Positions 27,587 through 36,976 of a stretch of DNA of 64,000 nucleotides are shown here, one piece after another (position 1 is the stretch's first letter; each line of letters opens with the position of its first letter). This stretch comes from an uncultured Anaerolineales bacterium (lineage in GTDB: Bacteria; Chloroflexota; Anaerolineae; Anaerolineales; UBA11858). The notes under the pieces are model-generated. The model had not been told where the DNA came from and made no database searches. It worked only from the letters and a program-made list of their open reading frames with translations. The DNA lies in contig CAYQQX010000003.1 in the NCBI GenBank assembly GCA_964419495.1, positions 4,943 through 68,942 on the forward strand, in the 5' to 3' direction. A program made the translations under genes and the position numbers.

Positions 27587-29947
27587 ATGACTACCACAAA
27601 CCAACCCCCACATCAGGACGATCTCCTTGAAACCCCAGCCCCAAATTTTTCCGACACGCAAGTAGGAGCTCTGGTCAAAAAGTTATTCGGTTTATCTGGC
27701 AACCTATCTCCTTTGGATAGCGAGAGAGACAAGAATTTCCGTATCAAAGTTGAGACGGGGGAGAAATATGTAATAAAAATCGCCAACAGTGCTGAGGACA
27801 CCGCTATCATTGATATGCAAATCAAAGCACTAGAACATATTGCTATAACAGACCCAGGAATACCTGTGCCTCAGGTATTATATTCTCTAAATGGGCAAGC
27901 AATTGAGCATGTCCAATCCGAAGATGGCACAAAACACGATGTGCGCGTACTAACCTACTTACCAGGTGCCTATCCTGAGTATGACCCTGCAGAGTTGTCG
28001 TTGCTACGCCCCATGGGTGCTTGCCTGGCAAGACTCGCTCGCAGTTTGCGAGGTTTTTTTCATCCAATAGCAAATTATGAGTTGTTATGGGATCTGAAAC
28101 ATACTTCTAAACTCAGGCAGTTTTTACACCACATAACTGATCCGGATCATCACGAACTTACCAGATACTTTCTGGATCGCTTTGATCTGAATGTGCTTCC
28201 CCAGATACCCAAGCTAAGGGCGCAGATTGTTCATAATGACTTAACGCTCGATAATATCGTTGTGGCAGAGGATGATCCGGGAAGCATTGTTGGAATTATT
28301 GATTTCGGGGACATGACTCACACGCTCCTGATCGTTGATTTGGCCACCACAATTGCACCCATGCTGCGCTGCCAGGATGATCTCCTGCGAGCAGCTGCAG
28401 AAGTTGTCGCTGGTTACCATAAAATAATTCCGCTTGAAGATGCTGAACTGAGCGTACTCTATGATCTGATCGCGGCTCGCTTGACAATGCTGAATGTCAT
28501 CGCTTACTGGCGAGTGACCCTTCACCCCAACAATCGAGAATATATCACTGGGGGCGTCGAAGAAACGTGGGCCACATTAAATGCATGGAGAGCGCTAGAT
28601 CCAGCAGATGTCACCAAGAAATTCTTCAGGGTTTGTGGTTTATGGGAAGCAGAGGAAGCCAGTCCGAGCCAAAAAGCGGAAAAAGAAACCCTTCAATCTC
28701 ATTTAACTCGTCGGATGCGCCTCTTAGGGTCCTGCGCTTATTTGTTCTACGACAATCCACTGCATATCGTGGACAGTGAAGGTGTCTGGCTACATGATGT
28801 GGATGGCAATCGATATTTAGATGCATACAACAATGTTTCCCATGTTGGTCACTGTCACCCCCATGTAGTAAATGCTATAACCAAACAGGCACGACGCTTG
28901 AATACAAGCACACGCTATATGCATGGGCTGATCCTCGAACTAGCCGAGCAAATCACAAATCGGATGCCAGAGCCTTTGAGTGTATGCATGTTTGTTTGTT
29001 CCGGATCAGAAGCCAATGAACTTGCCTGGCAGATGTCGCAACTAGTATCTGGCAACAATGGCGCACTAATTACGGAATTCTCGTATCACGGCAGCAGTAC
29101 GGCTACTAAACAGTTCAGCACCGAAAGTATCTCTCTTGAGAAATTGCCAGCGCACGTACAAACGCTGCTCGCGCCGACATCAAACACCACCTTCCACAAA
29201 CCAGATTCCGGCATCAGTGATGCAATCAGAGCCTTGGATCAAAAAGGCCATCAGCCGGCAATGCTGATCGTAGATACATCTTTTGTGAGTGATGGGATTT
29301 TCACATCACCACAGGGTTATCTCCAAACGCTCTTTTCAAAGACCCGGTCCGCTGGGGGATTATGTGTCGCAGACGAAGTCCAGGGTGGGTTTGGACGCTT
29401 CGGGGAGAATTTTTGGGGTTTTCAATATGATGATGTAATACCCGACATTGTGACTTTGGGAAAACCAATTGGCAATGGGCATCCCCTTGCAGCAGTAGTA
29501 ACCCGTCCAGAAATTGCTGAGGTTCTGGCCAAGGAAACGGGCTATTTCAGCACCTTTGGGGGGAACCCGGTTTCATGTGCCGCTGGGCTCGCTGTGCTGG
29601 AAGTGATTGAAAAGGAACAGTTGCAGCAAAATGCACATGAAGTAGGCCAATACCTGAGAAAAGGTTTAGTCCGATTACAAAAAGAATGTCCCGCGATTGG
29701 TGAATTGCACGGAGCGGGATTGCTCCAGGGCATTGATATCGTCACGCCTGGCGGCGAAGCTGATCCGAGATTGGCCGACCGCATCATGAATCATATGCGT
29801 TCAAATGGCGTTCTTATTGGAACAACTGGGAAAAATTACGACACACTAAAAATTCGCCCACCGATAGTATTCCAGAAGGAACATGTCGATATGCTGATAG
29901 CTGCTTTGAAGATGGCGCTGGGCATTCTATATACGGAGAAGAGATGA
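27587..29947 (+). CDS. Fusion protein: APH/HYKK-like small-molecule kinase domain + AGXT2L-type class-III PLP phospho-lyase/aminotransferase domain
   Basis: It is 786 aa. The N-terminal half has the kinase catalytic loop [12 protein letters not shown] and IIDFGDM. The C-terminal half has [15 protein letters not shown] and LNTSTRYMH, which resemble the NNVxHVGHCHP / LNTNSR blocks of ethanolamine-phosphate and 5-phosphohydroxylysine phospho-lyases. The PLP-lysine lies in [11 protein letters not shown]. Confidence 0.75.
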   Translation: MTTTNQPPHQDDLLETPAPNFSDTQVGALVKKLFGLSGNLSPLDSERDKNFRIKVETGEKYVIKIANSAEDTAIIDMQIKALEHIAITDPGIPVPQVLYSLNGQAIEHVQSEDGTKHDVRVLTYLPGAYPEYDPAELSLLRPMGACLARLARSLRGFFHPIANYELLWDLKHTSKLRQFLHHITDPDHHELTRYFLDRFDLNVLPQIPKLRAQIVHNDLTLDNIVVAEDDPGSIVGIIDFGDMTHTLLIVDLATTIAPMLRCQDDLLRAAAEVVAGYHKIIPLEDAELSVLYDLIAARLTMLNVIAYWRVTLHPNNREYITGGVEETWATLNAWRALDPADVTKKFFRVCGLWEAEEASPSQKAEKETLQSHLTRRMRLLGSCAYLFYDNPLHIVDSEGVWLHDVDGNRYLDAYNNVSHVGHCHPHVVNAITKQARRLNTSTRYMHGLILELAEQITNRMPEPLSVCMFVCSGSEANELAWQMSQLVSGNNGALITEFSYHGSSTATKQFSTESISLEKLPAHVQTLLAPTSNTTFHKPDSGISDAIRALDQKGHQPAMLIVDTSFVSDGIFTSPQGYLQTLFSKTRSAGGLCVADEVQGGFGRFGENFWGFQYDDVIPDIVTLGKPIGNGHPLAAVVTRPEIAEVLAKETGYFSTFGGNPVSCAAGLAVLEVIEKEQLQQNAHEVGQYLRKGLVRLQKECPAIGELHGAGLLQGIDIVTPGGEADPRLADRIMNHMRSNGVLIGTTGKNYDTLKIRPPIVFQKEHVDMLIAALKMALGILYTEKR

Positions 29948-31395
29948 TCAACCAAACACCCCAACTAGAACCGGTTATTCCAGCCTATCAAATTCAGATT
30001 CTCAGTGATGAGCAACTGGAGAATTTTAAATCCAACACGTTTACAATCCTGGAAGAGACAGGTTTTCACTGTCCTTCTACGAGAGCATTGAAAATCTATG
30101 CAGAAAATGGTGGCGTAGTAGATTTCGACACGCAGATAGTTAAGCTATCACCGGAAGTGATCCTGGAAGCCCTTTCCCATGCGCCGCGTTACTACACCAT
30201 GGGTGGACGCACAGATTCATTCGATCTTGATTTAACGAAGGGAGTCACGCATGTATCTACCGATGGAACCGGGGCAAAGACCATCGACTATGTGACCCGA
30301 AAACTTCGCTCTTCCATCAAGGATGATGTTGCCAAATCAGCCCGGATTTCCGATTACCTGTCTTCGGTCAGTTTTTATTGGCCTATGGTCAGCGCACAAG
30401 ATCACCCGGTTTCCCCCTCACTGCATGAGTTAGATGCTTCCTTCAACAATACCCTCAAGCACGTCCAGACTCCGACCCTGGTGGAGGATATTTCGACACG
30501 CTATGCAGTGGAAATGGCCAAAGTTGTGGCTGGCAGCGAGGAGGAAATGCGGAAACGCCCTCCCCTCTCATTGCTGGTTTGCACAATTGCTCCGCTGGCT
30601 ATGGATGCTGAGAGTATGGACGCCGCATTGGTGGCAGCTGAGGCTGGAATCCCAGTGGGTTTTATGTCCATGCCCAACACAGGTTCTACTGGGCCCGCCA
30701 CACTAGCCGGGACGATATCTCAAGGTGATGCTGAGATTGTCTCAGCCATGGTCTTAATCCAAATGGCGTATCCTGGCGCACCCATATACCACTCCTTGAT
30801 GCCCGGCATGACTCACCCACGCACAGGAGCTTTCTACGGCCATAACAGCCACGTTTATGCCATTGGTGTTGAGTTGGCGCACATGTGGGGTGTTCCCACG
30901 CTGGCAGCAATGGGTGGCTCGGATGCCCATGAACTGGGTTGGGAAAGCAGCATGGCTGGCGGGAAGAGTCAGTTGCTGGGCGCGTTATGCGGCGCAGAAA
31001 CTGGTGCCGGAATGGGATTGGTGCGATGCAGCACCGTGCTATACCCTGAGGCACTGGTTTTGGAAAGGGAAATTTATCGTAATGTTTGCGACGCTACAGC
31101 GGGATTAGATACCAGCCCCGACCAAATGGCCCTGGATGTCATTCAAGCGGTGGGGCCGCGCGGCCATTTTCTCCGGGAAAAGCATACCCGAGAGTTTTTC
31201 CGCAAGTTAAACTTTTCAGATGTTGTATATGTTCCGGATACAGATGGAACATACCGCGACCCGCTTGAGGTTGCCAGAGAAAAAACCGATTGGATTTTGA
31301 AGAATCACCACCCAGAACCGTTGAGCGAAAACCAACAAAGTGAACTGACTCGGATTGTTGAAACAGCAGAGCGAGAATTATGTCGGGAGGATTGA
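29944..31395 (+). CDS. MttB-superfamily methyltransferase (non-Pyl)
   Basis: It is 483 aa. Its start overlaps the previous stop (ATGA). It is a close paralogue of 7639..9081, sharing QIVKLSP(D/E)VILEALSHAPRYYTMGGR and SFYWPMVSAQDHP. Confidence 0.88.
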   Translation: MINQTPQLEPVIPAYQIQILSDEQLENFKSNTFTILEETGFHCPSTRALKIYAENGGVVDFDTQIVKLSPEVILEALSHAPRYYTMGGRTDSFDLDLTKGVTHVSTDGTGAKTIDYVTRKLRSSIKDDVAKSARISDYLSSVSFYWPMVSAQDHPVSPSLHELDASFNNTLKHVQTPTLVEDISTRYAVEMAKVVAGSEEEMRKRPPLSLLVCTIAPLAMDAESMDAALVAAEAGIPVGFMSMPNTGSTGPATLAGTISQGDAEIVSAMVLIQMAYPGAPIYHSLMPGMTHPRTGAFYGHNSHVYAIGVELAHMWGVPTLAAMGGSDAHELGWESSMAGGKSQLLGALCGAETGAGMGLVRCSTVLYPEALVLEREIYRNVCDATAGLDTSPDQMALDVIQAVGPRGHFLREKHTREFFRKLNFSDVVYVPDTDGTYRDPLEVAREKTDWILKNHHPEPLSENQQSELTRIVETAERELCRED

Positions 31396-31618
31396 GGCTT
31401 TGGAAACGTTATTGGAACTTCGTTCTGAAACAGAAAACCCATATACATGAGTGAGTAAAGAAGATGTTATCTGAAACGAGAGGTCAAGCAAAACAAAAAA
31501 ACGATGAGATTTTTTCTATAGACAGGAATATTATAGAGATTAGCTCTAAACCTTCCCACGGATAACTGCCAAAGAAAATGTTTACATTAGCCTGATATGT
31601 AATACCAGGGAGCATATT

Positions 31619-32647
31619 ATGTCGACATCAAAGGAACGAGTGTTTCAGGCTCTCAGGGGTGAAACACCCGATCAGATCCCAGCTGCACCTGCTTATCTGA
31701 TTCTCTTTCTGGCAGACTTCGAGCGCAACTATTACATCGAGCAATACCGTCAGCGGATGCGAGGACTCAGCCGCTATCCTGTCGACCACCAGGAGGATAC
31801 CCGCTATCGAGCGCAGGCTATCTATCAGGCTTACGGTATATTCAAGGATCGACCGGACTGGATGGAAATCGGGCAGGGGGCGAGCCGCTCCTGGGCTGAG
31901 AGAACTGAAATCGTTGATAAGGACGGTGTACTCCATTACGAAGACCAGCACACGGGCGCATGCCTACCCATGCACGCCTACCCGCTTCCCAGGGGTACTA
32001 TGGAGCACACATCCGAACACGATTCCACGAAGGATATCTGGGATACATCAGGAAAGATCCAGAGCGAGGAACAGGTTGATATTCGTCTGCCACTCCCTGA
32101 CCTGCATGCGATGCTGGAGCGGGGAGATTTTGACCTGCCGCGCCAGGTAATGGCCGACTATGGCGATTCAAAATTTATCACCACCATTCTTGACACACCC
32201 TTTTCTGACGCCTATGACGTTCTCGGTTTCAAGGGGCTGATGGTCATCCAACGCAGACGACCAGAACTCTTTCACTATCTCCTGGAGCGCCAACTGGAAG
32301 TCACAAAGAAAGTGATGGAGGTTTGGGCAAAAGTTGGTATTCATGGGGTCTATGTCGAGGAAGTTTTTACTGGGGCGGATATTATTTCACCCCGCGCTTA
32401 TGACGAGTTTGTCTTTGCCTACAATCAACCCTATTTTAAACATATGAGCGGCCTTGGATTACGGCCGATCCACTATATCTGCGGTGACGTGATCCCGCGC
32501 CTCGAGCGGATTGCTCAGCTCGACATCGCGGCCGTGGGAGTGGAGGAGAGCAAGAAGAAATTCGTGATCGAGCTTGAAGAAGTGGTGCGGCAGGTCGCCG
32601 GACGGGTAGCAGTCTTGGGTAATATTGATGCAGTGCGCTATGGATAA
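31619..32647 (+). CDS. URO-D / MtaA-MtbA family (methylcobamide:acceptor methyltransferase-like) protein, as terminated by TAA at 32645
   Basis: It is 342 aa and shows URO-D-family features: the N-terminal RVFQALRGETPDQIP, then ISPRAYDEFVFAYNQPYF, IHYICGD and VLGNIDAV. Confidence 0.7.
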   Translation: MSTSKERVFQALRGETPDQIPAAPAYLILFLADFERNYYIEQYRQRMRGLSRYPVDHQEDTRYRAQAIYQAYGIFKDRPDWMEIGQGASRSWAERTEIVDKDGVLHYEDQHTGACLPMHAYPLPRGTMEHTSEHDSTKDIWDTSGKIQSEEQVDIRLPLPDLHAMLERGDFDLPRQVMADYGDSKFITTILDTPFSDAYDVLGFKGLMVIQRRRPELFHYLLERQLEVTKKVMEVWAKVGIHGVYVEEVFTGADIISPRAYDEFVFAYNQPYFKHMSGLGLRPIHYICGDVIPRLERIAQLDIAAVGVEESKKKFVIELEEVVRQVAGRVAVLGNIDAVRYG

Positions 32648-32815
32648 AACGCATCTCTGGAAGATATGGCGGCCGAGGCAAACCGGCAACTGCGCATCGG
32701 TCAGGATGCACAAGGCTTTTTGCTCAGTACGGGAAGCCCCTTCCCGCTGGACACCAACCCGAGGTTGATTGATACGATGATTACCACCGCACACGCATAC
32801 ACATCAAAAACTTAA
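32648..32815 (+). other. In-frame continuation encoding the missing URO-D C-terminus
   Basis: It is in the same frame as 31619..32647, directly after the TAA. It reads NASLEDMAAEANRQLRIGQDAQGFLLSTGSPFPLDTNPRLIDTMITTAH, which matches the usual URO-D C-terminal pattern (G-F-I-L-S-T-G...P.DTP..N...M). Confidence 0.6.
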
Positions 32816-32939
32816 GAGATCGTCATTTGGCTGCAAATCAAAGGTGTCGTGAGAAATAATACGAATGATAACCAGATGCACATCAGATATTCTTTGAACA
32901 GCGTGTGAAAAAAAGTCGTTCATAACACCGGAGAGATTT

Positions 32940-34163
32940 ATGTCTCAAACACAGGTCAATCTTGTCGTTCGCGGTAAAACTCCCATTGATGGCACAGGCG
33001 CGGAACCAATTTCACCTGGAGTGGTTGCCATTAATGGCAAAAACATCATCTATGCTGGTCCCGCAGATAGAGCGCCAGAATATCCCAATGCCCAGGTCAT
33101 TGATCTGCCCGAGGCAACTTTAATGCCCGGCCTGATCGACATGCATGTTCATCCTAGCTATTATTGGGAAGAGCCAGACTCAGGAACCTACACCGATACA
33201 TCTGATAATTTGAAGGTCTACAACCCGGTCACTGCTGCTCTAAAGGCCAGCAATTATCTTTACAAGACTCTAATGTCAGGTGTCACTACGGCGCGTGACA
33301 CAGGTGGCCTTCTCGGTGTCATGCCAGAGGTCAGGTGGGCAATCCAAAATGGTTGGATCCCCGGACCCAAGGTTTACATAGCATGCCGCATGATCACGCC
33401 CACTGGCGGACATTGTCATTTCCTACCAAAATTTTCCAACCAGGCAGATGGTCAGGATGGCTTTCGCCGCGCGGTGCGCGAAGAAATACGATCTGGCGCA
33501 GATTTTATTAAGCTTGCCAACAATGGCGCCGATCTTACCCAAGATGAACTAGACGCGGCGGTAGACGAGGCGCACCGGTTGGGACTCAAGGTGGTCTGTC
33601 ACACAAGCAAACCCCCATCTCAAAGTATGGCAATAAATGCTGGTGTCGATACCTTTGAGCATGGAGCTCTCTCTCGAGAAGAGATCGATCTTGCAGTAGA
33701 AAAAGGGATTACCTGGACCCCGACTGTGACAGTAACTACCTTGTATGACAAGATGTACAAAAAGAATCTCGAATCTGATGACCCGAAGGTTGTGCTTGCT
33801 GCTGAGAAAGCGCTTGCGGAGTCCAGGGAGTTGGTAGCCCGTAAGAAAGAGTCAATCTTTTATGCCTTGGGAGCAGGTTTAAAGCTAGCAGTCGGAACTG
33901 ATTGTTGGATCAGTACCTGGCGAGAACAAGCAATGGCAATCGAACTGAACAATTTAGTCGAGTATGGTTGCAGCCCAATGCAGGCTATCCAAGCTGCAAC
34001 CGGGTGGGCGGCCGAGGCCATGGGCTGGGAAGACATTGGCATGCTGGCACCCGGTAAACTCGCGGACCTAATTGCCGTTGATGGAGATCCCCTGGCAAAT
34101 ATCGAGGTGATGAGAAAGGTCAGCCTCGTGATGCAAGAAGGGGTGATAAGAAAACAAGAATAA
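32940..34163 (+). CDS. Amidohydrolase family metal-dependent hydrolase
   Basis: It is 407 aa and contains LMPGLIDMHVHP (HxH metal motif), later VCHT, and a C-terminal GKLADLIAVDGDPL. Confidence 0.8.
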   Translation: MSQTQVNLVVRGKTPIDGTGAEPISPGVVAINGKNIIYAGPADRAPEYPNAQVIDLPEATLMPGLIDMHVHPSYYWEEPDSGTYTDTSDNLKVYNPVTAALKASNYLYKTLMSGVTTARDTGGLLGVMPEVRWAIQNGWIPGPKVYIACRMITPTGGHCHFLPKFSNQADGQDGFRRAVREEIRSGADFIKLANNGADLTQDELDAAVDEAHRLGLKVVCHTSKPPSQSMAINAGVDTFEHGALSREEIDLAVEKGITWTPTVTVTTLYDKMYKKNLESDDPKVVLAAEKALAESRELVARKKESIFYALGAGLKLAVGTDCWISTWREQAMAIELNNLVEYGCSPMQAIQAATGWAAEAMGWEDIGMLAPGKLADLIAVDGDPLANIEVMRKVSLVMQEGVIRKQE

Positions 34164-34274
34164 TGATGCATCAATCTGAATCAACAATCCGTCTACTTCA
34201 CACTGCTACATTCTCAGCGTAACGTACTGGCTATTCTGTGGAATAGGAAATCACATCTATGAAAGGAAAAGAAT

Positions 34275-35447
34275 ATGCTTGACAGAGCGATAAAGATAAA
34301 GGATCAAATTATCTCTTGGCGGCGCGATTTCCACATGCACCCAGAGTTAGGGTTTAAAGAAACCCGTACCGCGGGGATAGTCGCAATAGCCTTGGATGAG
34401 ATGGGAATACGAGTGGAAACTGAAGTTGGAAAGACGGGTGTGGTCGGCCACCTGGGGGAAGGCTCCCCAGTGGTGGGCATTCGGGCAGATATGGACGCGC
34501 TTCCACTGCAAGAAGCCAATGATGTCCCTTATGCCTCTCAGAACCCTGGCGTGATGCACGCCTGTGGCCACGACGCCCATACGGCGATATTGCTGGGGGT
34601 TGCTAGCATTCTCTCGGAGATGCCTGGCCGGCCTCCAGGGGAGATACGGTTCCTCTTCCAGCCGAGTGAAGAGGATTGGGATGAAGAACTTAAGTCAGGC
34701 GCCACGCGCATGATCGAGGATGGCGCTTTGGAAGGTCTGGACGCGGTCATCGCATTGCACGTAGATGATAGTACCCCAACAGGACAAATTGAGATCAACA
34801 GCGGCAATGCTTCAGCAGCCGTAGATTCTTTTCAGGCTACCATCATTGGGCAGGGCGGACATGGAGCATATCCCCACGATACGGTAGACCCCACCTTTAT
34901 TCTCGCTCAGGTGATCAACGCCATTCATGGCATTCGGGCGCGGCGCATCAAGCCAATCGACCCGGCAGTCATCTCGATAGGGGCGATCCACGCCGGGCAT
35001 ACGAGCAATGTGATTCCTGATAGTGTAGAAATGATGGGCACAATTCGCAGTTTTGACACGGAGGTGCGTGAGCAGCTCTCGGAAGAGTTAGAAAAGGCAT
35101 TCGCCCTTACCCGCGCCTTTGGCGGGAATTACACACTTACCATAGAAAAGGGGTTCCCCTCCTTGTATAATGACTCCGAGGTGGTCGAACTCATCTGCCA
35201 GACGGCCAGTGAGATGTTAGGTGAAGACAAGGTAGCTACCTGCGAGGCGGAAATGGGCGCAGAAGATTTCAGTTATATGAGTCAGTTGGCCCCTGGGGCT
35301 ATGTTTTGGCTGGGCGTGAACATTGACGATACACCGCGACCCGCTCACAGCCCTACCTTCGACATCAATGAAGATGCTTTGCCGATTGGCGCGGCCTTGC
35401 TGGCTGAAGTCGCATGCCGTTTACTCAAATCCCCACCCCAGACATAA
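34275..35447 (+). CDS. M20D-family amidohydrolase (N-acyl-amino-acid / hippurate hydrolase-like)
   Basis: It is 390 aa and contains WRRDFHMHPELGFKE, ADMDALP and MHACGHDAHTAILLG. Confidence 0.85.
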   Translation: MLDRAIKIKDQIISWRRDFHMHPELGFKETRTAGIVAIALDEMGIRVETEVGKTGVVGHLGEGSPVVGIRADMDALPLQEANDVPYASQNPGVMHACGHDAHTAILLGVASILSEMPGRPPGEIRFLFQPSEEDWDEELKSGATRMIEDGALEGLDAVIALHVDDSTPTGQIEINSGNASAAVDSFQATIIGQGGHGAYPHDTVDPTFILAQVINAIHGIRARRIKPIDPAVISIGAIHAGHTSNVIPDSVEMMGTIRSFDTEVREQLSEELEKAFALTRAFGGNYTLTIEKGFPSLYNDSEVVELICQTASEMLGEDKVATCEAEMGAEDFSYMSQLAPGAMFWLGVNIDDTPRPAHSPTFDINEDALPIGAALLAEVACRLLKSPPQT

Positions 35448-35472
35448 TCTTCTATTCAAGAGAGACATATCT

Positions 35473-36936
35473 ATGAGTTCACGCAAGCCCAATATCCTGT
35501 TGATCTTCGTTGATAACCAGCCTGCGAACATGATGGGCTGTTATGGAAACGATGAGATCTTCTCACCCCATCTCGATGAATTGGCTTCCAAAGGGGTGCT
35601 CTTCCGCAACGCTTTCTGCCCCAATTCCATGTGCTCCCCTTGCCGGGCATCCATGCTCACCGGGCTTATGCCTTCACAGCACGGAATTCACACCTGGCTC
35701 GATGACTATCTTATGGATACCTGGCCCGAAGGTTATAACGCCATTGGCGAATTTGAAACCTTGCCGGAAATCCTAGCGGAACAAGGTTATCACACCGCCC
35801 TGATCGGGAAATATCATCTCGGGTTTGCAGATGAACCCCAAAACGGATTCAAGCATTGGGTTGTGATGGAACAAGGGACGATGGAATCGTTCTATGACGT
35901 CCCAATGATCGACAACGGTCACCGCCACATGGCCCCCGAACATTCGGTCGATTATTTCACCAGAAAATCGCTTGACTACCTTGACGAACATGCCAGCCCA
36001 AACGAGCCGCCTTTCTTTCTTTGTCTGACTTACAACGCCCCCTACGGAAATGTCCCGGATCCAGACCATCGCTACTCCCATCTGTATGCAGATTTACCGA
36101 TGAACTCGGTTCCTAGGGAAGGATTGAGTCCAGAACTCATTGATTGGATCTTGTTGTGCAAAGAGAAATATCCTGCTGAAGATTTCGCCTGGTACCGGCG
36201 GCTCGCGGAGCAGCCTAACAATTTACCTGCAATGCGGCGATTCTATTCACAGGTGAGCATGGTAGATGACGGTGTCGGGCAGGTGTTGGCGAAGCTGCAA
36301 GAGAAGGGGGTATTAGAAAATACCCTCGTCATCTATACCGCCGATCATGGCAAGTCGAATGGCCAACATGGATTTTGGGGGCACGGAGAAGATACCTGGC
36401 CTTCGAATATGCACCATTCAACCAATAGTATCCCGCTGCTGATCAGTTATCCAGGGTTCGCACAAGCGGGTCTGGAGGTAGACAATCTGGTAGGAACAAC
36501 CGATATCTTTGCGACGATTCTTGATCTTGCAGATTGCGAACTCGAGTCTCCTGAGCTTGTTTTTGGTCAAAGTTTTGGCACGCTACTTAGGGGCGAAACC
36601 ACGGTGTTTCGAGATGAGATTTTTATGGAACAAGAAGAGACTCGTGCAATTCGGACATCAGAGTGGCTTTTTATGAAATGTCTGGAAAATACCAAATATG
36701 GATTCAAGAATGAGTTATATGATTTGGTCAATGATCCTGATGAACGCAGGAATCTCGCGCAGCAGCCTGACTACGCCGATGTAGTCGCAAAGTTAAGTGA
36801 CCGCTTAGACGATTTCTTCTCTCAACATGCCAACCCGCGTTGGGATCTATGGAAGGGGGGGACCGTCAAATCCAACTCTACCCGACCTTTCTTGTGGGAG
36901 GAAGTTTGGGGAGACGATTGGAAGCCCGAATTCTAA
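35473..36936 (+). CDS. Sulfatase family enzyme, Cys-type, no signal peptide (copy 1)
   Basis: It starts at MSSRKPNILLIFVDNQ (ATG 35473; the track extension from 35323 is rejected). The formylglycine motif reads CSPCRASMLTG, and ADHGKSNGQHGFWGHG is present. Confidence 0.85.
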   Translation: MSSRKPNILLIFVDNQPANMMGCYGNDEIFSPHLDELASKGVLFRNAFCPNSMCSPCRASMLTGLMPSQHGIHTWLDDYLMDTWPEGYNAIGEFETLPEILAEQGYHTALIGKYHLGFADEPQNGFKHWVVMEQGTMESFYDVPMIDNGHRHMAPEHSVDYFTRKSLDYLDEHASPNEPPFFLCLTYNAPYGNVPDPDHRYSHLYADLPMNSVPREGLSPELIDWILLCKEKYPAEDFAWYRRLAEQPNNLPAMRRFYSQVSMVDDGVGQVLAKLQEKGVLENTLVIYTADHGKSNGQHGFWGHGEDTWPSNMHHSTNSIPLLISYPGFAQAGLEVDNLVGTTDIFATILDLADCELESPELVFGQSFGTLLRGETTVFRDEIFMEQEETRAIRTSEWLFMKCLENTKYGFKNELYDLVNDPDERRNLAQQPDYADVVAKLSDRLDDFFSQHANPRWDLWKGGTVKSNSTRPFLWEEVWGDDWKPEF

Positions 36937-36976
36937 CCACTTCAAAATGAAAATAACAGGATTTGAAGGGACCTAA

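Noticed and set aside
35323-35472. N-terminal extensions of sulfatase copies 1 and 3 (also 38319..38495)
   Set aside because: The extensions overlap the upstream genes' 3' ends in another frame. Both proteins align from MSSRKPNILLIFVDNQ, and copy 2 starts at the equivalent point.
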